The translations under genes and the position numbers were made by a program. From assembly GCA_045531765.1 (NCBI GenBank), contig JAZSEQ010000054.1:29520-93519 (forward strand): a stretch of DNA of 64,000 nt, read 5' to 3'. Shown here in pieces: positions 40,681 through 50,175 of this stretch. Below the pieces are notes generated by a model. The model made no database searches. It was not told the origin of the DNA and saw only the letters and a program-made list of their open reading frames with translations. This stretch comes from Candidatus Cryptobacteroides sp. (lineage in GTDB: Bacteria > Bacteroidota > Bacteroidia > Bacteroidales > UBA932). Position 1 is the stretch's first letter; each line of letters opens with the position of its first letter.

Positions 40681-42312
40681 ATGAAAAAACACAACATTAT
40701 CATATGGGGACTGATCCTGCTGTTTGCAACGATGATGTCATTACCTTATATCGTGCCTGGCACAGGCTTCATGGCATTGTTCGGGATCATCCCTCTGCTG
40801 TGCATGGAACGCATAGTCACCATGCTGGAGAAAAAGCACATATGGATATATCATTACAGTGCTTTCGTATTGTGGAATGCAGCGACCACATTCTGGGTAT
40901 GCAACGCCACCGTAGGTGGAGGACTGTTTGCGATCTTTGCCAATGCACTGCAGATGTCGGTTATCTTCGGTCTGTTCCGTCTCAGCAGGAAAAGATTCTC
41001 AGGAGCTCTCCCCTATATTTTTCTGATGGTCGCATGGATAGCGTGGGAGCGCTTCTACTTCGATGCGGAGATCTCGTGGCCATGGCTCGTGCTCGGAAAT
41101 GCCTTTGCGAGGACCACGGGAGCCATCCAGTGGTACGAATTCACAGGAGCCCTCGGAGGTTCGCTATGGATATGGATGTGCAACCTATGTCTGTTCGGCA
41201 TAATGACGGCTCTTTCTTCAGGAAGGTGGTCAGGGTGGAATATCAAGGCACGGACGGCAGCCATAGCCGGAGTATTTCTGCTTTTCATAGCCCCGCCTGT
41301 AGTGTCCGGCTTCATAGGCAAGAAATATGAAGGCTGCATGGATGACTGTTGCGCAGAGCTTGAAACACTGATCATCCAGCCGAATATCGACCCGTACAAC
41401 AAGTTCCAGGCAATGACCCAGGAGCAGCAGAATGCAGTCCTTCTCGGACAGGCGGAAAAGCATCTGCAGTATAGAAAAGGCGACTCGACGGCCGGTCCTC
41501 TTCTTATCCTGGCACCGGAAACCTTCACGAACGACATTATCCCCGGGGACTATTCCAGGAGCCGGACGTGGAGACGCCTTACAGGCTTCCTGAAAGATTA
41601 CCCGGATGTAAACATCCTGTTCGGAGCCTCTTCATACGACTACATACAATCCTCTGAAGCTCCGTCACACACAGCAAGAAGACTCAGCGACAACCTGTGG
41701 GTGGAGTCTCACAATTCCGCTCTGATAACTGACGGAACTGGTCGTACTGAAATATTCCACAAGAGCAAGCTTGTGGTTGCAGTAGAAAAGACACCATATC
41801 CTGCCTTGTTCTGCAAGATAGACGACATGCTTGGAGGAGTGATGGGAAGATGTGTCGGACAGGACGAGATTTCATTGCTGAATGTGAAGGCCGCAGATGG
41901 CACCAGCATTCCCGTGGGCTGTGCGGTCTGCTACGAATCCGTCTACGGAGAATATTACACCGATTACATCCGCAAGGGAGCAAAGGCGATGACCATCATC
42001 ACCAATGACGCATGGTGGGGAGACACTCCGGGTTACCGTCAGCATCTGAGCTATGCCTCTTTAAGGGCAATCGAGACACGCCGCGCGATTGCAAGATGCG
42101 CCAACACAGGAATCAGCGCCATAATCAGCCCTTCTGGAGAAATAATCCAGCCGACCCCATGGTGGGAGCCGGCTGTAATCAAAGGTCGGATACCTTTAAG
42201 GGATGACCTTACATTCTATGTTCTGCACGGAGACATCATAGGACGCATATGCACTTTCCTGTTCCTGATGCTCACCCTGGCGCTGGCGGTAAGGAAACTT
42301 TCGGGCAGATAA
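40681..42312 (+). CDS. lnt: Apolipoprotein N-acyltransferase
   Basis: WPWLVLG, QPNI, PET (Glu), HKSKLV (Lys), VCYES (Cys), TNDAWW, ANTGIS. Confidence 0.93.
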   Translation: MKKHNIIIWGLILLFATMMSLPYIVPGTGFMALFGIIPLLCMERIVTMLEKKHIWIYHYSAFVLWNAATTFWVCNATVGGGLFAIFANALQMSVIFGLFRLSRKRFSGALPYIFLMVAWIAWERFYFDAEISWPWLVLGNAFARTTGAIQWYEFTGALGGSLWIWMCNLCLFGIMTALSSGRWSGWNIKARTAAIAGVFLLFIAPPVVSGFIGKKYEGCMDDCCAELETLIIQPNIDPYNKFQAMTQEQQNAVLLGQAEKHLQYRKGDSTAGPLLILAPETFTNDIIPGDYSRSRTWRRLTGFLKDYPDVNILFGASSYDYIQSSEAPSHTARRLSDNLWVESHNSALITDGTGRTEIFHKSKLVVAVEKTPYPALFCKIDDMLGGVMGRCVGQDEISLLNVKAADGTSIPVGCAVCYESVYGEYYTDYIRKGAKAMTIITNDAWWGDTPGYRQHLSYASLRAIETRRAIARCANTGISAIISPSGEIIQPTPWWEPAVIKGRIPLRDDLTFYVLHGDIIGRICTFLFLMLTLALAVRKLSGR

Positions 42313-45261
42313 CTATCTGTGACGAGGTCCCCCAGGTCCGCGACGCTGACCGTTGCCGTTGAAATCACCGAATCTGTAGGTAAGGGACAGGATCACATAA
42401 CGGCCGAGGGTGTTGTTTCTGGTCTCGAGATGATAGTTCGCCGAATCGGATACCGAAAGATTCTTTGACTGTCCGAGGATATCATATGCCTTCAGGGCAA
42501 GGGTAAACTTCTTCTTGAAGAGCAGCTTGGTTATCTCCGCATTAAGGATCACCTCATCCTCCTGCCTGGTGGAGTATCCCTCATACCAGTTGTAGTCCAC
42601 ATCTGCTATGATATTGAATCCTCCGGGGATCGTCCAGTTCATGGATGCATCCAGCTGATTGTTCCATGTAGCATCGACATTGCTGTTCTCTATGGTGAAC
42701 CATGACTTGTTCACACGTGTCCTTCCTCCGAGTCTGAGCTCGACAAAGTCGTTCCTATATGTAAAGCGCAGTCTCTGTGATATGCTCATCGTCTGGGTAA
42801 GGTTGGTCACAAAGTCCTCACTTGCATCCAGATCTCCGTGATCCTTCTGGAAGGCGGCATAATCAAACGTTGCCTCGTCAGGATTGTAGTACTTGCCTGA
42901 ATCGAGCTTGCCGGTGCCCACATAGGAAGTGGACTGGCCGTAACGCCCGTATGTCATCGAGAACATCGAGAAGCCTGAATTTCCGAACGGAGTGTTCACC
43001 ATAACCCTTATGTCGGCTGAGCCTGTCCCGGGGCCGTTCACAGGAATCGAATACTGCACTCCTGACTGGTCATACCACTGGGCACTGGTGATGGCATTAT
43101 CCACAAGAGAAGCTCCGAAACGTGCATGAACTGAGGTGAACGTCTTCTTGTTGGTGTATCCGAACATACCTCTGAGGTTGTGGTTGAAGTACGGATTCAG
43201 ATTCGGATTACCCAGCGATATGTTCAGAGGATTCGAATTATCCGGCACAGGAAGCAGCTGTGATGTGGAAGGCTGATCCGAACGTCCGAAATAGAAGAAA
43301 CGGATGTGGGAGTTGTCAGTAAACTCATAGTTCATCATTGCCTGAGGCGACCAGTTGTGAGTGACGCTATGGTAAGGATCATGACCCGTAGTCACATTGT
43401 CCGTAATCGTAGGGTTATATGAGGCACCCAGCTGAGCACGGAACTTTTCCTTCTGATAGCTTATATTCGCCCCTGCCCTGTGGTTCCGGGAGATATTGTC
43501 AATCCTGTTGGAATAGTTATCGTCAAGAATCTCGCCCAGAGGGTTGTATATCAGATGACCGCTGTCATCCAGATCATAGGCACCGCTGTTGTAAGTGTCT
43601 TTGTATGAAGTATTCCTGTTCCAGCTGTACTGATAGTTGGCCTCAAGGTAAAGGTCGTGACCGAGGGGCTCCGTATAGACAATCCTTCCTCTCAAGGAAG
43701 AACTTCTGGAATTCTGGTCATAACGCTGATTCACCGGATCGTCTGTCCAGGCTCCGGTCTCCGCGTCACGTACCCAGGTCTGTGACTGGTTGAATCCGGT
43801 CATGTCATTGTTGCTGAAGCTGTAGCGTATATTAGCGGAAATGGTTCTTCCCGGCTTTCCCAATTTCTGTCTGAAGAGGAAAAAACCGCTTGTCTGCCAG
43901 TTATCATTGTCACCTATCTTGCTGGTGTAACCCTTGTTGGTTTCCTGAGAGATATCCGAGGAGACAGTGGAAGTCGCAAAGTCAGAGAACTCATTGAAGT
44001 TTCCCCTTCCGAAATTGAACTGCGGTTCGAAGAGGATGGAGGTATTCTCTGAGAACTTATGCTCCAGACGCATACCGATCCTATGTCCCTGAGACATGGT
44101 CCTTCCGGTTCCTTTCTCATCGTTGAGAAGACGGGTGCCGTCATTCAGATATGTAACCTTTGAACTTTCCTCAATCACATCATTGATCGAACCGTTGTAG
44201 AGATAGTTGCCCGCAAGATCCATCTTGTCATCCAGAAGGGTGAATGCGCCGTTCACTCCTCCCATCCATGAGGTGGTGATGCCGTTACCCTGGCCCCAGC
44301 CACCCATTCCGCGGCCCATTCCACCGCCGCCGCGCATATTCCTCATCATGGAGCCCGCCATGTCGTTGAATCCCCTGTTATTGGTGTTGTTACCGTTCAG
44401 GATCAGGCTTATCTGGCTCTTGTCCGTGAATCTTCCCACCATCGCAGCTCCCTGGTAACGCATGTCGTTCATATCAGAACCCTGACCGGGAACGTCATGT
44501 CCGCCGCCGCCCATGACATTGCCGAACCAGCCCTTCATCATTCCCGGGCGCATGGAAAGGTCGATCACAGTCTCTTCCTCACCGTCGTCAATGCCTGTGA
44601 ACATCGCCTGATCCGACTTCTTCTCAACCACCTTCACCTTTTCGATCAGCTTGGCAGGGATATTCTTGGACGCCAGCTGAGGATCATCCAGGAAGAATGT
44701 CTTGCCGTCTATAGTGATCTTCTTGATTGTCTCTCCGTTGGCAGTGATGGTACCGTCAGACTCAACTTCCACACCAGGAAGCTTCTTCAGCAGCTCCTCG
44801 AGCATGTCATTATCGGAAGTCTTGAATGACGATGCATTGTACTCCACAGTATCCTTCTTGACAATGATGGGGTTACCTACAGCAGATATGCTGGCCGCAT
44901 CAAGCTGCTCGATATCCTCCTTCATCAGGACCTTGCCCAAGTCCATATTCTTTTCCACTACAATCTCCTTCTCCACCGTCTTATATCCCATCAGTTCGGC
45001 ACGAAAAAGATAGACACCCTTCTTCAGCTTGGTAATGACAGCCCGACCCTTGTCATCAGAGAGCACATATCTGGCAGGCTCCTTCTCACCCTTGAGAGTG
45101 ACAGACGCTGTCGCAAAGGCCACAGGTTCTGACTTATCGGCATCCATCAGTTCCACCTTCACAGAATAGATGGACTGGGCAACGGACGGGATACAAACAC
45201 AGGTCAGCAGGACCGCAAGCATCGCTGACCTCAGACAAAAGGTTGCTGTTTTCAAAGACAT
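42313..45261 (-). CDS. Outer-membrane beta-barrel protein with carboxypeptidase-like and plug domains (TonB-dependent receptor-like)
   Basis: Signal peptide, KKDTVEYNASSF, LLKKLPGVEV, GNPNLNP, C-terminal LSLTYRFG. Confidence 0.85.
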   Translation of the reverse strand: MSLKTATFCLRSAMLAVLLTCVCIPSVAQSIYSVKVELMDADKSEPVAFATASVTLKGEKEPARYVLSDDKGRAVITKLKKGVYLFRAELMGYKTVEKEIVVEKNMDLGKVLMKEDIEQLDAASISAVGNPIIVKKDTVEYNASSFKTSDNDMLEELLKKLPGVEVESDGTITANGETIKKITIDGKTFFLDDPQLASKNIPAKLIEKVKVVEKKSDQAMFTGIDDGEEETVIDLSMRPGMMKGWFGNVMGGGGHDVPGQGSDMNDMRYQGAAMVGRFTDKSQISLILNGNNTNNRGFNDMAGSMMRNMRGGGGMGRGMGGWGQGNGITTSWMGGVNGAFTLLDDKMDLAGNYLYNGSINDVIEESSKVTYLNDGTRLLNDEKGTGRTMSQGHRIGMRLEHKFSENTSILFEPQFNFGRGNFNEFSDFATSTVSSDISQETNKGYTSKIGDNDNWQTSGFFLFRQKLGKPGRTISANIRYSFSNNDMTGFNQSQTWVRDAETGAWTDDPVNQRYDQNSRSSSLRGRIVYTEPLGHDLYLEANYQYSWNRNTSYKDTYNSGAYDLDDSGHLIYNPLGEILDDNYSNRIDNISRNHRAGANISYQKEKFRAQLGASYNPTITDNVTTGHDPYHSVTHNWSPQAMMNYEFTDNSHIRFFYFGRSDQPSTSQLLPVPDNSNPLNISLGNPNLNPYFNHNLRGMFGYTNKKTFTSVHARFGASLVDNAITSAQWYDQSGVQYSIPVNGPGTGSADIRVMVNTPFGNSGFSMFSMTYGRYGQSTSYVGTGKLDSGKYYNPDEATFDYAAFQKDHGDLDASEDFVTNLTQTMSISQRLRFTYRNDFVELRLGGRTRVNKSWFTIENSNVDATWNNQLDASMNWTIPGGFNIIADVDYNWYEGYSTRQEDEVILNAEITKLLFKKKFTLALKAYDILGQSKNLSVSDSANYHLETRNNTLGRYVILSLTYRFGDFNGNGQRRGPGGPRHR

Positions 45262-45318
45262 TTCAATAATTGTTAATCTAAGTTTAGATTGATGAAGTTC
45301 TCAAAAGTTTAATCTGAA

Positions 45319-45876
45319 TTATTTCTTTATCCTATCAGGATTGGCCTCGATAAATTTCTTCCAGTCCTGTTTCCCGCCCACCGAGGCAAGCGGATTGTTC
45401 ATCTGATAGTGATGACACAGGGCGATTGCCAGAGCATCCGTAGCATCCAGATATTTCGGATCAAGTTCCACATTCAGAGTCTTCTGTATCATCATTGCAA
45501 CCTGCTCCTTGGATGCCGCGCCATTGCCGCATATGGCGATCTTGGCCTTTCTTGGCGCATATTCAGCAACAGGTATGCCTTTCATGACAGCTGCAGTCAA
45601 GGCAGCGCCCTGCGCCCTTCCGAGTTTGAGGACCACCTGAGCATTCTTGCCGTAGAAAGGGGATTCGACAGCCAACGCCTCTGGTGAATGCTCCTCTATG
45701 AGTTCAGACACTCCGGCAAAGATATTTGCCAGTTTTTCAAAAGGATCCTTTATCTTCCTGAGGTCAAACACACCCATATCAACATAGTGTGGACCATGCG
45801 AATCTACACGGATAATCCCGAAACCAAGAATATTGGTTCCGGGATCTATGCCCAATATGATCTTGTCATCAGTCAA
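45319..45876 (-). CDS. ruvC: Holliday junction resolvase
   Basis: ILGIDPG, AVE, KLGRAQG, DATDALA; probable TTG start at 45876 overlapping the serS stop. Confidence 0.93.
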   Translation of the reverse strand: MTDDKIILGIDPGTNILGFGIIRVDSHGPHYVDMGVFDLRKIKDPFEKLANIFAGVSELIEEHSPEALAVESPFYGKNAQVVLKLGRAQGAALTAAVMKGIPVAEYAPRKAKIAICGNGAASKEQVAMMIQKTLNVELDPKYLDATDALAIALCHHYQMNNPLASVGGKQDWKKFIEANPDRIKK

Positions 45877-47140
45877 TGTAATCGAATCCGGTGTATGGAC
45901 GAAGAGCCTCCGGAATCTCGATCCTGTCGTCCTTCTGGTAGTTTTCAAGCAGGGCAGCCACTACACGAGGAAGAGCAAGCGAACTGCCGTTAAGAGTATG
46001 CGCAAGCTGGGTCTTGCCGTCAGCATCCTTATATCTGAGTTTCAGACGGTTGGCCTGATAGGTCTCGAAGTTGGATACTGAAGATATCTCCAGCCATCTC
46101 TCCTGCGCTGCCGAATAAACCTCAAAGTCATAAGTGATTGCAGAAGTGAAGCTCATATCGCCACCGCAAAGGCGGAGGATCCTGTAAGGAAGTCCGAGAG
46201 CCTTCACTATACTCTCTACATGTGCAACCATCTCATCGAGAGCAGCATACGATTCCTCAGGCTTCTCGATACGCACAATCTCCACCTTGTCGTACTGGTG
46301 GAGACGGTTGAGTCCGCGTACATCCTTTCCATATGAACCTGCCTCACGTCGGAAGCATGGGGTATATGCCGTCATCTTCACAGGGAATTCGTTACCTGAG
46401 AGAATCACATCCCTGAAGATATTGGTCACAGGTACCTCTGCGGTCGGAACAAGATAGAAGTTATCAGCCGTCGCATGATACATCTGACCTTCCTTGTCAG
46501 GAAGCTGTCCTGTTCCGAAACCTGATGCCTCGTTCACCATGATAGGAGGTTCAACTTCCTGATAGCCGGCACCTGTATTATAATCCAGGAAGAAGTTGAT
46601 CAGAGCCCTCTGGAGTCTTGCACCCTTACCCTTATATACAGGGAAACCGGCTCCCGTGAGCTTCACGCCCAGATCGAAGTCAATGATGTCGTACTTCTTG
46701 GCAAGTTCCCAGTGAGGAAGTCTGTTTTCACCGAGTTGAGGAATCTCATTACCGGTCTTTACGACGACATTGTCCTCAGCCCCCTTTCCTTCCGGAACCA
46801 TATCACATGGAATATTTGGAAGAAGCACAACGAGAGAGTCAAGCTCTGCGTTGTTCTCCTGAGAAGTCTTTTCAATTTCGAGGGAACGCGCCTTCAAGGA
46901 AGCCACATCAGCCTTGATGGCATCTGCTTCATCCCTTTTGCCTTCCTTCATCAGTCCTCCAATCTGTGCTGCCTTCTTCTTCTGTTCCGCAAGACATGCA
47001 TCAAGTTCGGTCTGAAGGGCCCTTCTGTTCTGATCAAGGGCTATGATCTTCTCCACAATCTCCCTTGCGTCAAAATTCTTTACAGCAAGCTTCGCAATCA
47101 CAAATTCAGGATTCTCACGAAGCAGTTTCAACGTCAGCAT
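45869..47140 (-). CDS. serS: Serine--tRNA ligase
   Basis: Coiled-coil arm, PTAEVP, FRREAGS, HTLNGS. Confidence 0.98.
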   Translation of the reverse strand: MLTLKLLRENPEFVIAKLAVKNFDAREIVEKIIALDQNRRALQTELDACLAEQKKKAAQIGGLMKEGKRDEADAIKADVASLKARSLEIEKTSQENNAELDSLVVLLPNIPCDMVPEGKGAEDNVVVKTGNEIPQLGENRLPHWELAKKYDIIDFDLGVKLTGAGFPVYKGKGARLQRALINFFLDYNTGAGYQEVEPPIMVNEASGFGTGQLPDKEGQMYHATADNFYLVPTAEVPVTNIFRDVILSGNEFPVKMTAYTPCFRREAGSYGKDVRGLNRLHQYDKVEIVRIEKPEESYAALDEMVAHVESIVKALGLPYRILRLCGGDMSFTSAITYDFEVYSAAQERWLEISSVSNFETYQANRLKLRYKDADGKTQLAHTLNGSSLALPRVVAALLENYQKDDRIEIPEALRPYTGFDYID

Positions 47141-47199
47141 ACTGTTGTATTTTAAATTGTTAAGTCAGTCATTTCCTACTGCTGCCAGCAATGATTTTT

Positions 47200-47238
47200 A
47201 AAAAAAGAGGACTGGAATCCCTCGGGATAACAGTCCTC
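47200..47238 (-). terminator. Intrinsic terminator after rpmA
   Basis: GAGGACTG..CAGTCCTC stem followed by a T-run on the minus strand. Confidence 0.8.
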
Positions 47239-47264
47239 AATCTTTCTCATAAGCTCCCCGAGTC

Positions 47265-47525
47265 TTAGTTCTCAAAAGGGACTACCGAGACGTAAGATTT
47301 GTTATCAGCCTTCTTACGGAAGCTGACCCTACCGTCTACGAGTGCATAAAGAGTGTGATCCTTACCCATTCCTACATTCAGACCTGGGTTGTGAACAGTA
47401 CCTCTCTGACGAACGAGGATGTTACCTGCCTTTACCACCTGATCACCGAATTTCTTGATACCGAGTCGTTTGCTATGTGACTCACGACCGTTCTTGGAAC
47501 TACCGACGCCTTTTTTATGTGCCAT
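47265..47525 (-). CDS. rpmA: 50S ribosomal protein L27
   Basis: [16 protein letters not shown]. Confidence 0.99.
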   Translation of the reverse strand: MAHKKGVGSSKNGRESHSKRLGIKKFGDQVVKAGNILVRQRGTVHNPGLNVGMGKDHTLYALVDGRVSFRKKADNKSYVSVVPFEN

Positions 47526-47546
47526 AATCTATTCCTCCTCAAATAA

Positions 47547-47858
47547 TTAAGCGATCGTATTGATCTGAAGTTTAGTAAGATACTGACGGTGACCGTTACA
47601 CTTCTGGTAACCCTTGCGACGCTTCTTCTTGAAGACAAGAACCTTCTTGCCCTTGCAAGTGTCATCAAGTACAGTTGCTGTAACCTTTGCACCATCAACG
47701 TAAGGTGCACCTACCTTTACTGCGCCGTCCTCTCCGATAAGGAGTACCTTGTCGAACTCGACAGCAGCACCCTTCTCAGCCGCGAGGCGGTTTACGAAGA
47801 TTTCCATACCAGCCTCAACTTTAAACTGCTGGCCTGCAATGTCTACGATTGCGTACAT
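47547..47858 (-). CDS. rplU: 50S ribosomal protein L21
   Basis: [27 protein letters not shown]. Confidence 0.99.
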   Translation of the reverse strand: MYAIVDIAGQQFKVEAGMEIFVNRLAAEKGAAVEFDKVLLIGEDGAVKVGAPYVDGAKVTATVLDDTCKGKKVLVFKKKRRKGYQKCNGHRQYLTKLQINTIA

Positions 47859-47957
47859 AAAAACTTGTAAATATTAAAAGTTTTAGACAGCAAGCGGCTG
47901 CATGATGCAGCTCTTTATCTTTGGCTTGACAATCTCTAAATATCTTCTTATAAAAAA

Positions 47958-48152
47958 TTACTGCTCGTCCTGGAGCTGCATGTGCTGAACGTAGATAGCC
48001 TTCTGCATCTGCATTCTCTTCTTTACAGACGGCTTCACGAAAGTCTTTCTTGCGCGGAGCTCACGAATCGCACCTGTCTTCTCAAACTTTCTCTTGAACT
48101 TCTTCAAAGCCTTCTCGATGCTTTCGCCATCCTTTACTGGAACTATAATCAT
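47958..48152 (-). CDS. rpsU: 30S ribosomal protein S21
   Basis: MIIVPVKDGESIEKALKKFKRK, FVKPSV, Tyr54. Confidence 0.98.
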   Translation of the reverse strand: MIIVPVKDGESIEKALKKFKRKFEKTGAIRELRARKTFVKPSVKKRMQMQKAIYVQHMQLQDEQ

Positions 48153-48160
48153 GCTAATAC

Positions 48161-48190
48161 CACCTCCTTTTATTTAGGGCTGCAAAGATA
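48161..48190 (-). promoter_or_regulatory. rpsU promoter and extended Shine-Dalgarno
   Basis: TATCTTTG (48183-48190) and AAAAGGAGGTG (48161-48171), 8 nt before the ATG. Confidence 0.85.
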
Positions 48191-48196
48191 AGCATA

Positions 48197-48910
48197 TTAT
48201 TTTGATTTCAAAATATTTTTGAACGTTTCCATTCCATTGGTAGCCACATCCTTGATATGTGTCACACGGGAGTCGCGGACAGACACATCCTTAGGGTCAA
48301 TTATATATATAGGTACGTCCGGACCTGCATATCTGTAGAGCCCTGCAGCGGGATATACCTGAAGTGAAGTACCCACTATCAGAAGAATGTCAGCAGCCTC
48401 CACAGCATCGATTGCCTGCCCGATCTTGGGTACTGCCTCCCCGAACCATACGATGTGCGGCCGGAGTTGAGCTCCGTTAGGGGCCTTGTCGCCCGGATGG
48501 ATTTCATCGGTGCCGATATCGAATACAGCCGCTTCCGAAAAGCCGTCCATTTCATTACAGCAGTTTTCCGGCCGTACCTTTGTCAGCTCTCCATGAAGAT
48601 GGATGATCCTTGTGCTTCCTGCCCGTTCATGGAGATTATCCACATTCTGAGTCACTACAGTAACATCATATTCTTCCTCCAAGGAAGCTATTGCATGATG
48701 GGCGGCATTAGGCCTGACTTCAGCAAGCTGGGCACGACGCTGATTGTAGAAATCCAGAATAAGTTCCGGATTACGGTACCACCCTTCAATGGAAGCCACA
48801 TCCTCCATGCGATGGTTTTCCCAAAGACCGTCATTGTCGCGGTAGGTCGTGATGCCGCTTTCCGCGCTGACACCGGCACCAGTAAGAACGACTATCTTCC
48901 TTTTCATCAT
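48197..48910 (-). CDS. cobB: NAD-dependent protein deacylase (sirtuin)
   Basis: TGAGVSAESG, TQNVDNLHERAG, HLHG, RPHIVWFGE, VGTSLQVYPA. Confidence 0.93.
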   Translation of the reverse strand: MMKRKIVVLTGAGVSAESGITTYRDNDGLWENHRMEDVASIEGWYRNPELILDFYNQRRAQLAEVRPNAAHHAIASLEEEYDVTVVTQNVDNLHERAGSTRIIHLHGELTKVRPENCCNEMDGFSEAAVFDIGTDEIHPGDKAPNGAQLRPHIVWFGEAVPKIGQAIDAVEAADILLIVGTSLQVYPAAGLYRYAGPDVPIYIIDPKDVSVRDSRVTHIKDVATNGMETFKNILKSK

Positions 48911-50049
48911 TATTCCATTTCAAAATAGTACTTCCTTATCCAATACTCAAACAGAGGGTCAAGAACTACAGGCTCGTCCTTCTCATTGAATGTAATGACC
49001 TCCTTCTTCTTCAAGGCATCCTTCACACGTCTGACATTTGCAGAGGAATTGAGACGGTATTTCTCAATAACATCCGAAGAGCTGAACCTTACGACTCCGT
49101 CAAGAATCGCCTTCATAAGGCTGAGCTGATGGTCCGTGAGGTCATTCACAATGGATATGAAACGAGGTTCATGGATGGAGATTATCACCTTCAGAGCCTC
49201 CAGAAGTATTCCTTCATTGATATATCCCCTGGTCATGGTATCGCATATCGATGTGAAATGATTCAGGTACCACATCTGGCCCCTGAAGAGTTTGCAGGCT
49301 CCCAGGACGAGTTCCCTCTCGACCACCTTTCCGGTCTGCATGAATCCTCTTACGATATGCTCTATGATCTCCCTGTCATCCACAGGCTGCAAAGGCAGAT
49401 ATTCCACCATACGATGGAAGAACTTCCTCTCGGCGAATATTGACTTCATGGCATTGACCTGGGAGCCTGCAAAGATGAACGCCACCTGCGGATCCCTGTC
49501 TGACAGCACACGTTCCATTATCTTCAGCACATCCTCGTAGTCCTTGTCATTCATGATGGCCTGAAACTCTTCAAGGATGACATAGTAAGGCACTCCCCTC
49601 TCATGCGCCACCTTCACAGGAAGCAGGAGCATCTGCTCCACATCATCCGCATCAAGCTCCCAATTGACCGACACCACCTCCCCGCAGGAAGCGAAACGTG
49701 CCGGGTCGAAGACGAAATGAGTGCCGCTCAGATGCCTCTCCACAACGGACGCATATTCATACTGGGTCGAATAAAGAGGCCTTATCACGGCAGTTCCGTA
49801 TTTCAGAAGAAACTCCTCGACCGTGCGTATGTTGAACATATTGACATGCACGACCATGAACTGCTTGCCGGAAGCTCTCCTGTTATACAAGGTCTGCTGT
49901 ATGACAGACATCTTTCCCGATTTCGGAGGTTCATACATAACTACATTTTCTCCTGCTTCGAGGAGATTCGAAAGGATGTTGCAATCCATCTTGCGGCCTA
50001 CGAAGTTACGTCCGGTCACATATCTGTCATATACAAAAGGAGTATCCAT
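48910..50049 (-). CDS. Archaeal-ATPase-like P-loop protein with degenerate Walker motifs
   Basis: FVGR, Walker A-like EPPKSGKMS, Walker B-like ILEEFQ, AGSQ, C-terminal winged helix and DPLFEYW. Confidence 0.75.
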   Translation of the reverse strand: MDTPFVYDRYVTGRNFVGRKMDCNILSNLLEAGENVVMYEPPKSGKMSVIQQTLYNRRASGKQFMVVHVNMFNIRTVEEFLLKYGTAVIRPLYSTQYEYASVVERHLSGTHFVFDPARFASCGEVVSVNWELDADDVEQMLLLPVKVAHERGVPYYVILEEFQAIMNDKDYEDVLKIMERVLSDRDPQVAFIFAGSQVNAMKSIFAERKFFHRMVEYLPLQPVDDREIIEHIVRGFMQTGKVVERELVLGACKLFRGQMWYLNHFTSICDTMTRGYINEGILLEALKVIISIHEPRFISIVNDLTDHQLSLMKAILDGVVRFSSSDVIEKYRLNSSANVRRVKDALKKKEVITFNEKDEPVVLDPLFEYWIRKYYFEME

Positions 50050-50175
50050 ACGCAATAATGTTCATTACGCAAAAATAAGAATTAAATATGTATGATACAA
50101 CAAAAATGTTAAGGCACCCGCTCTTGATTCAAGAAGCTATTATTTATATATTTGTAAGTTAAAATTGCTATACTG

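Noticed and set aside
45877-45948. N-terminal extension of RuvC overlapping serS by 80 bp
   Set aside because: A TTG at 45876 gives a normal-length RuvC coupled to the serS stop.
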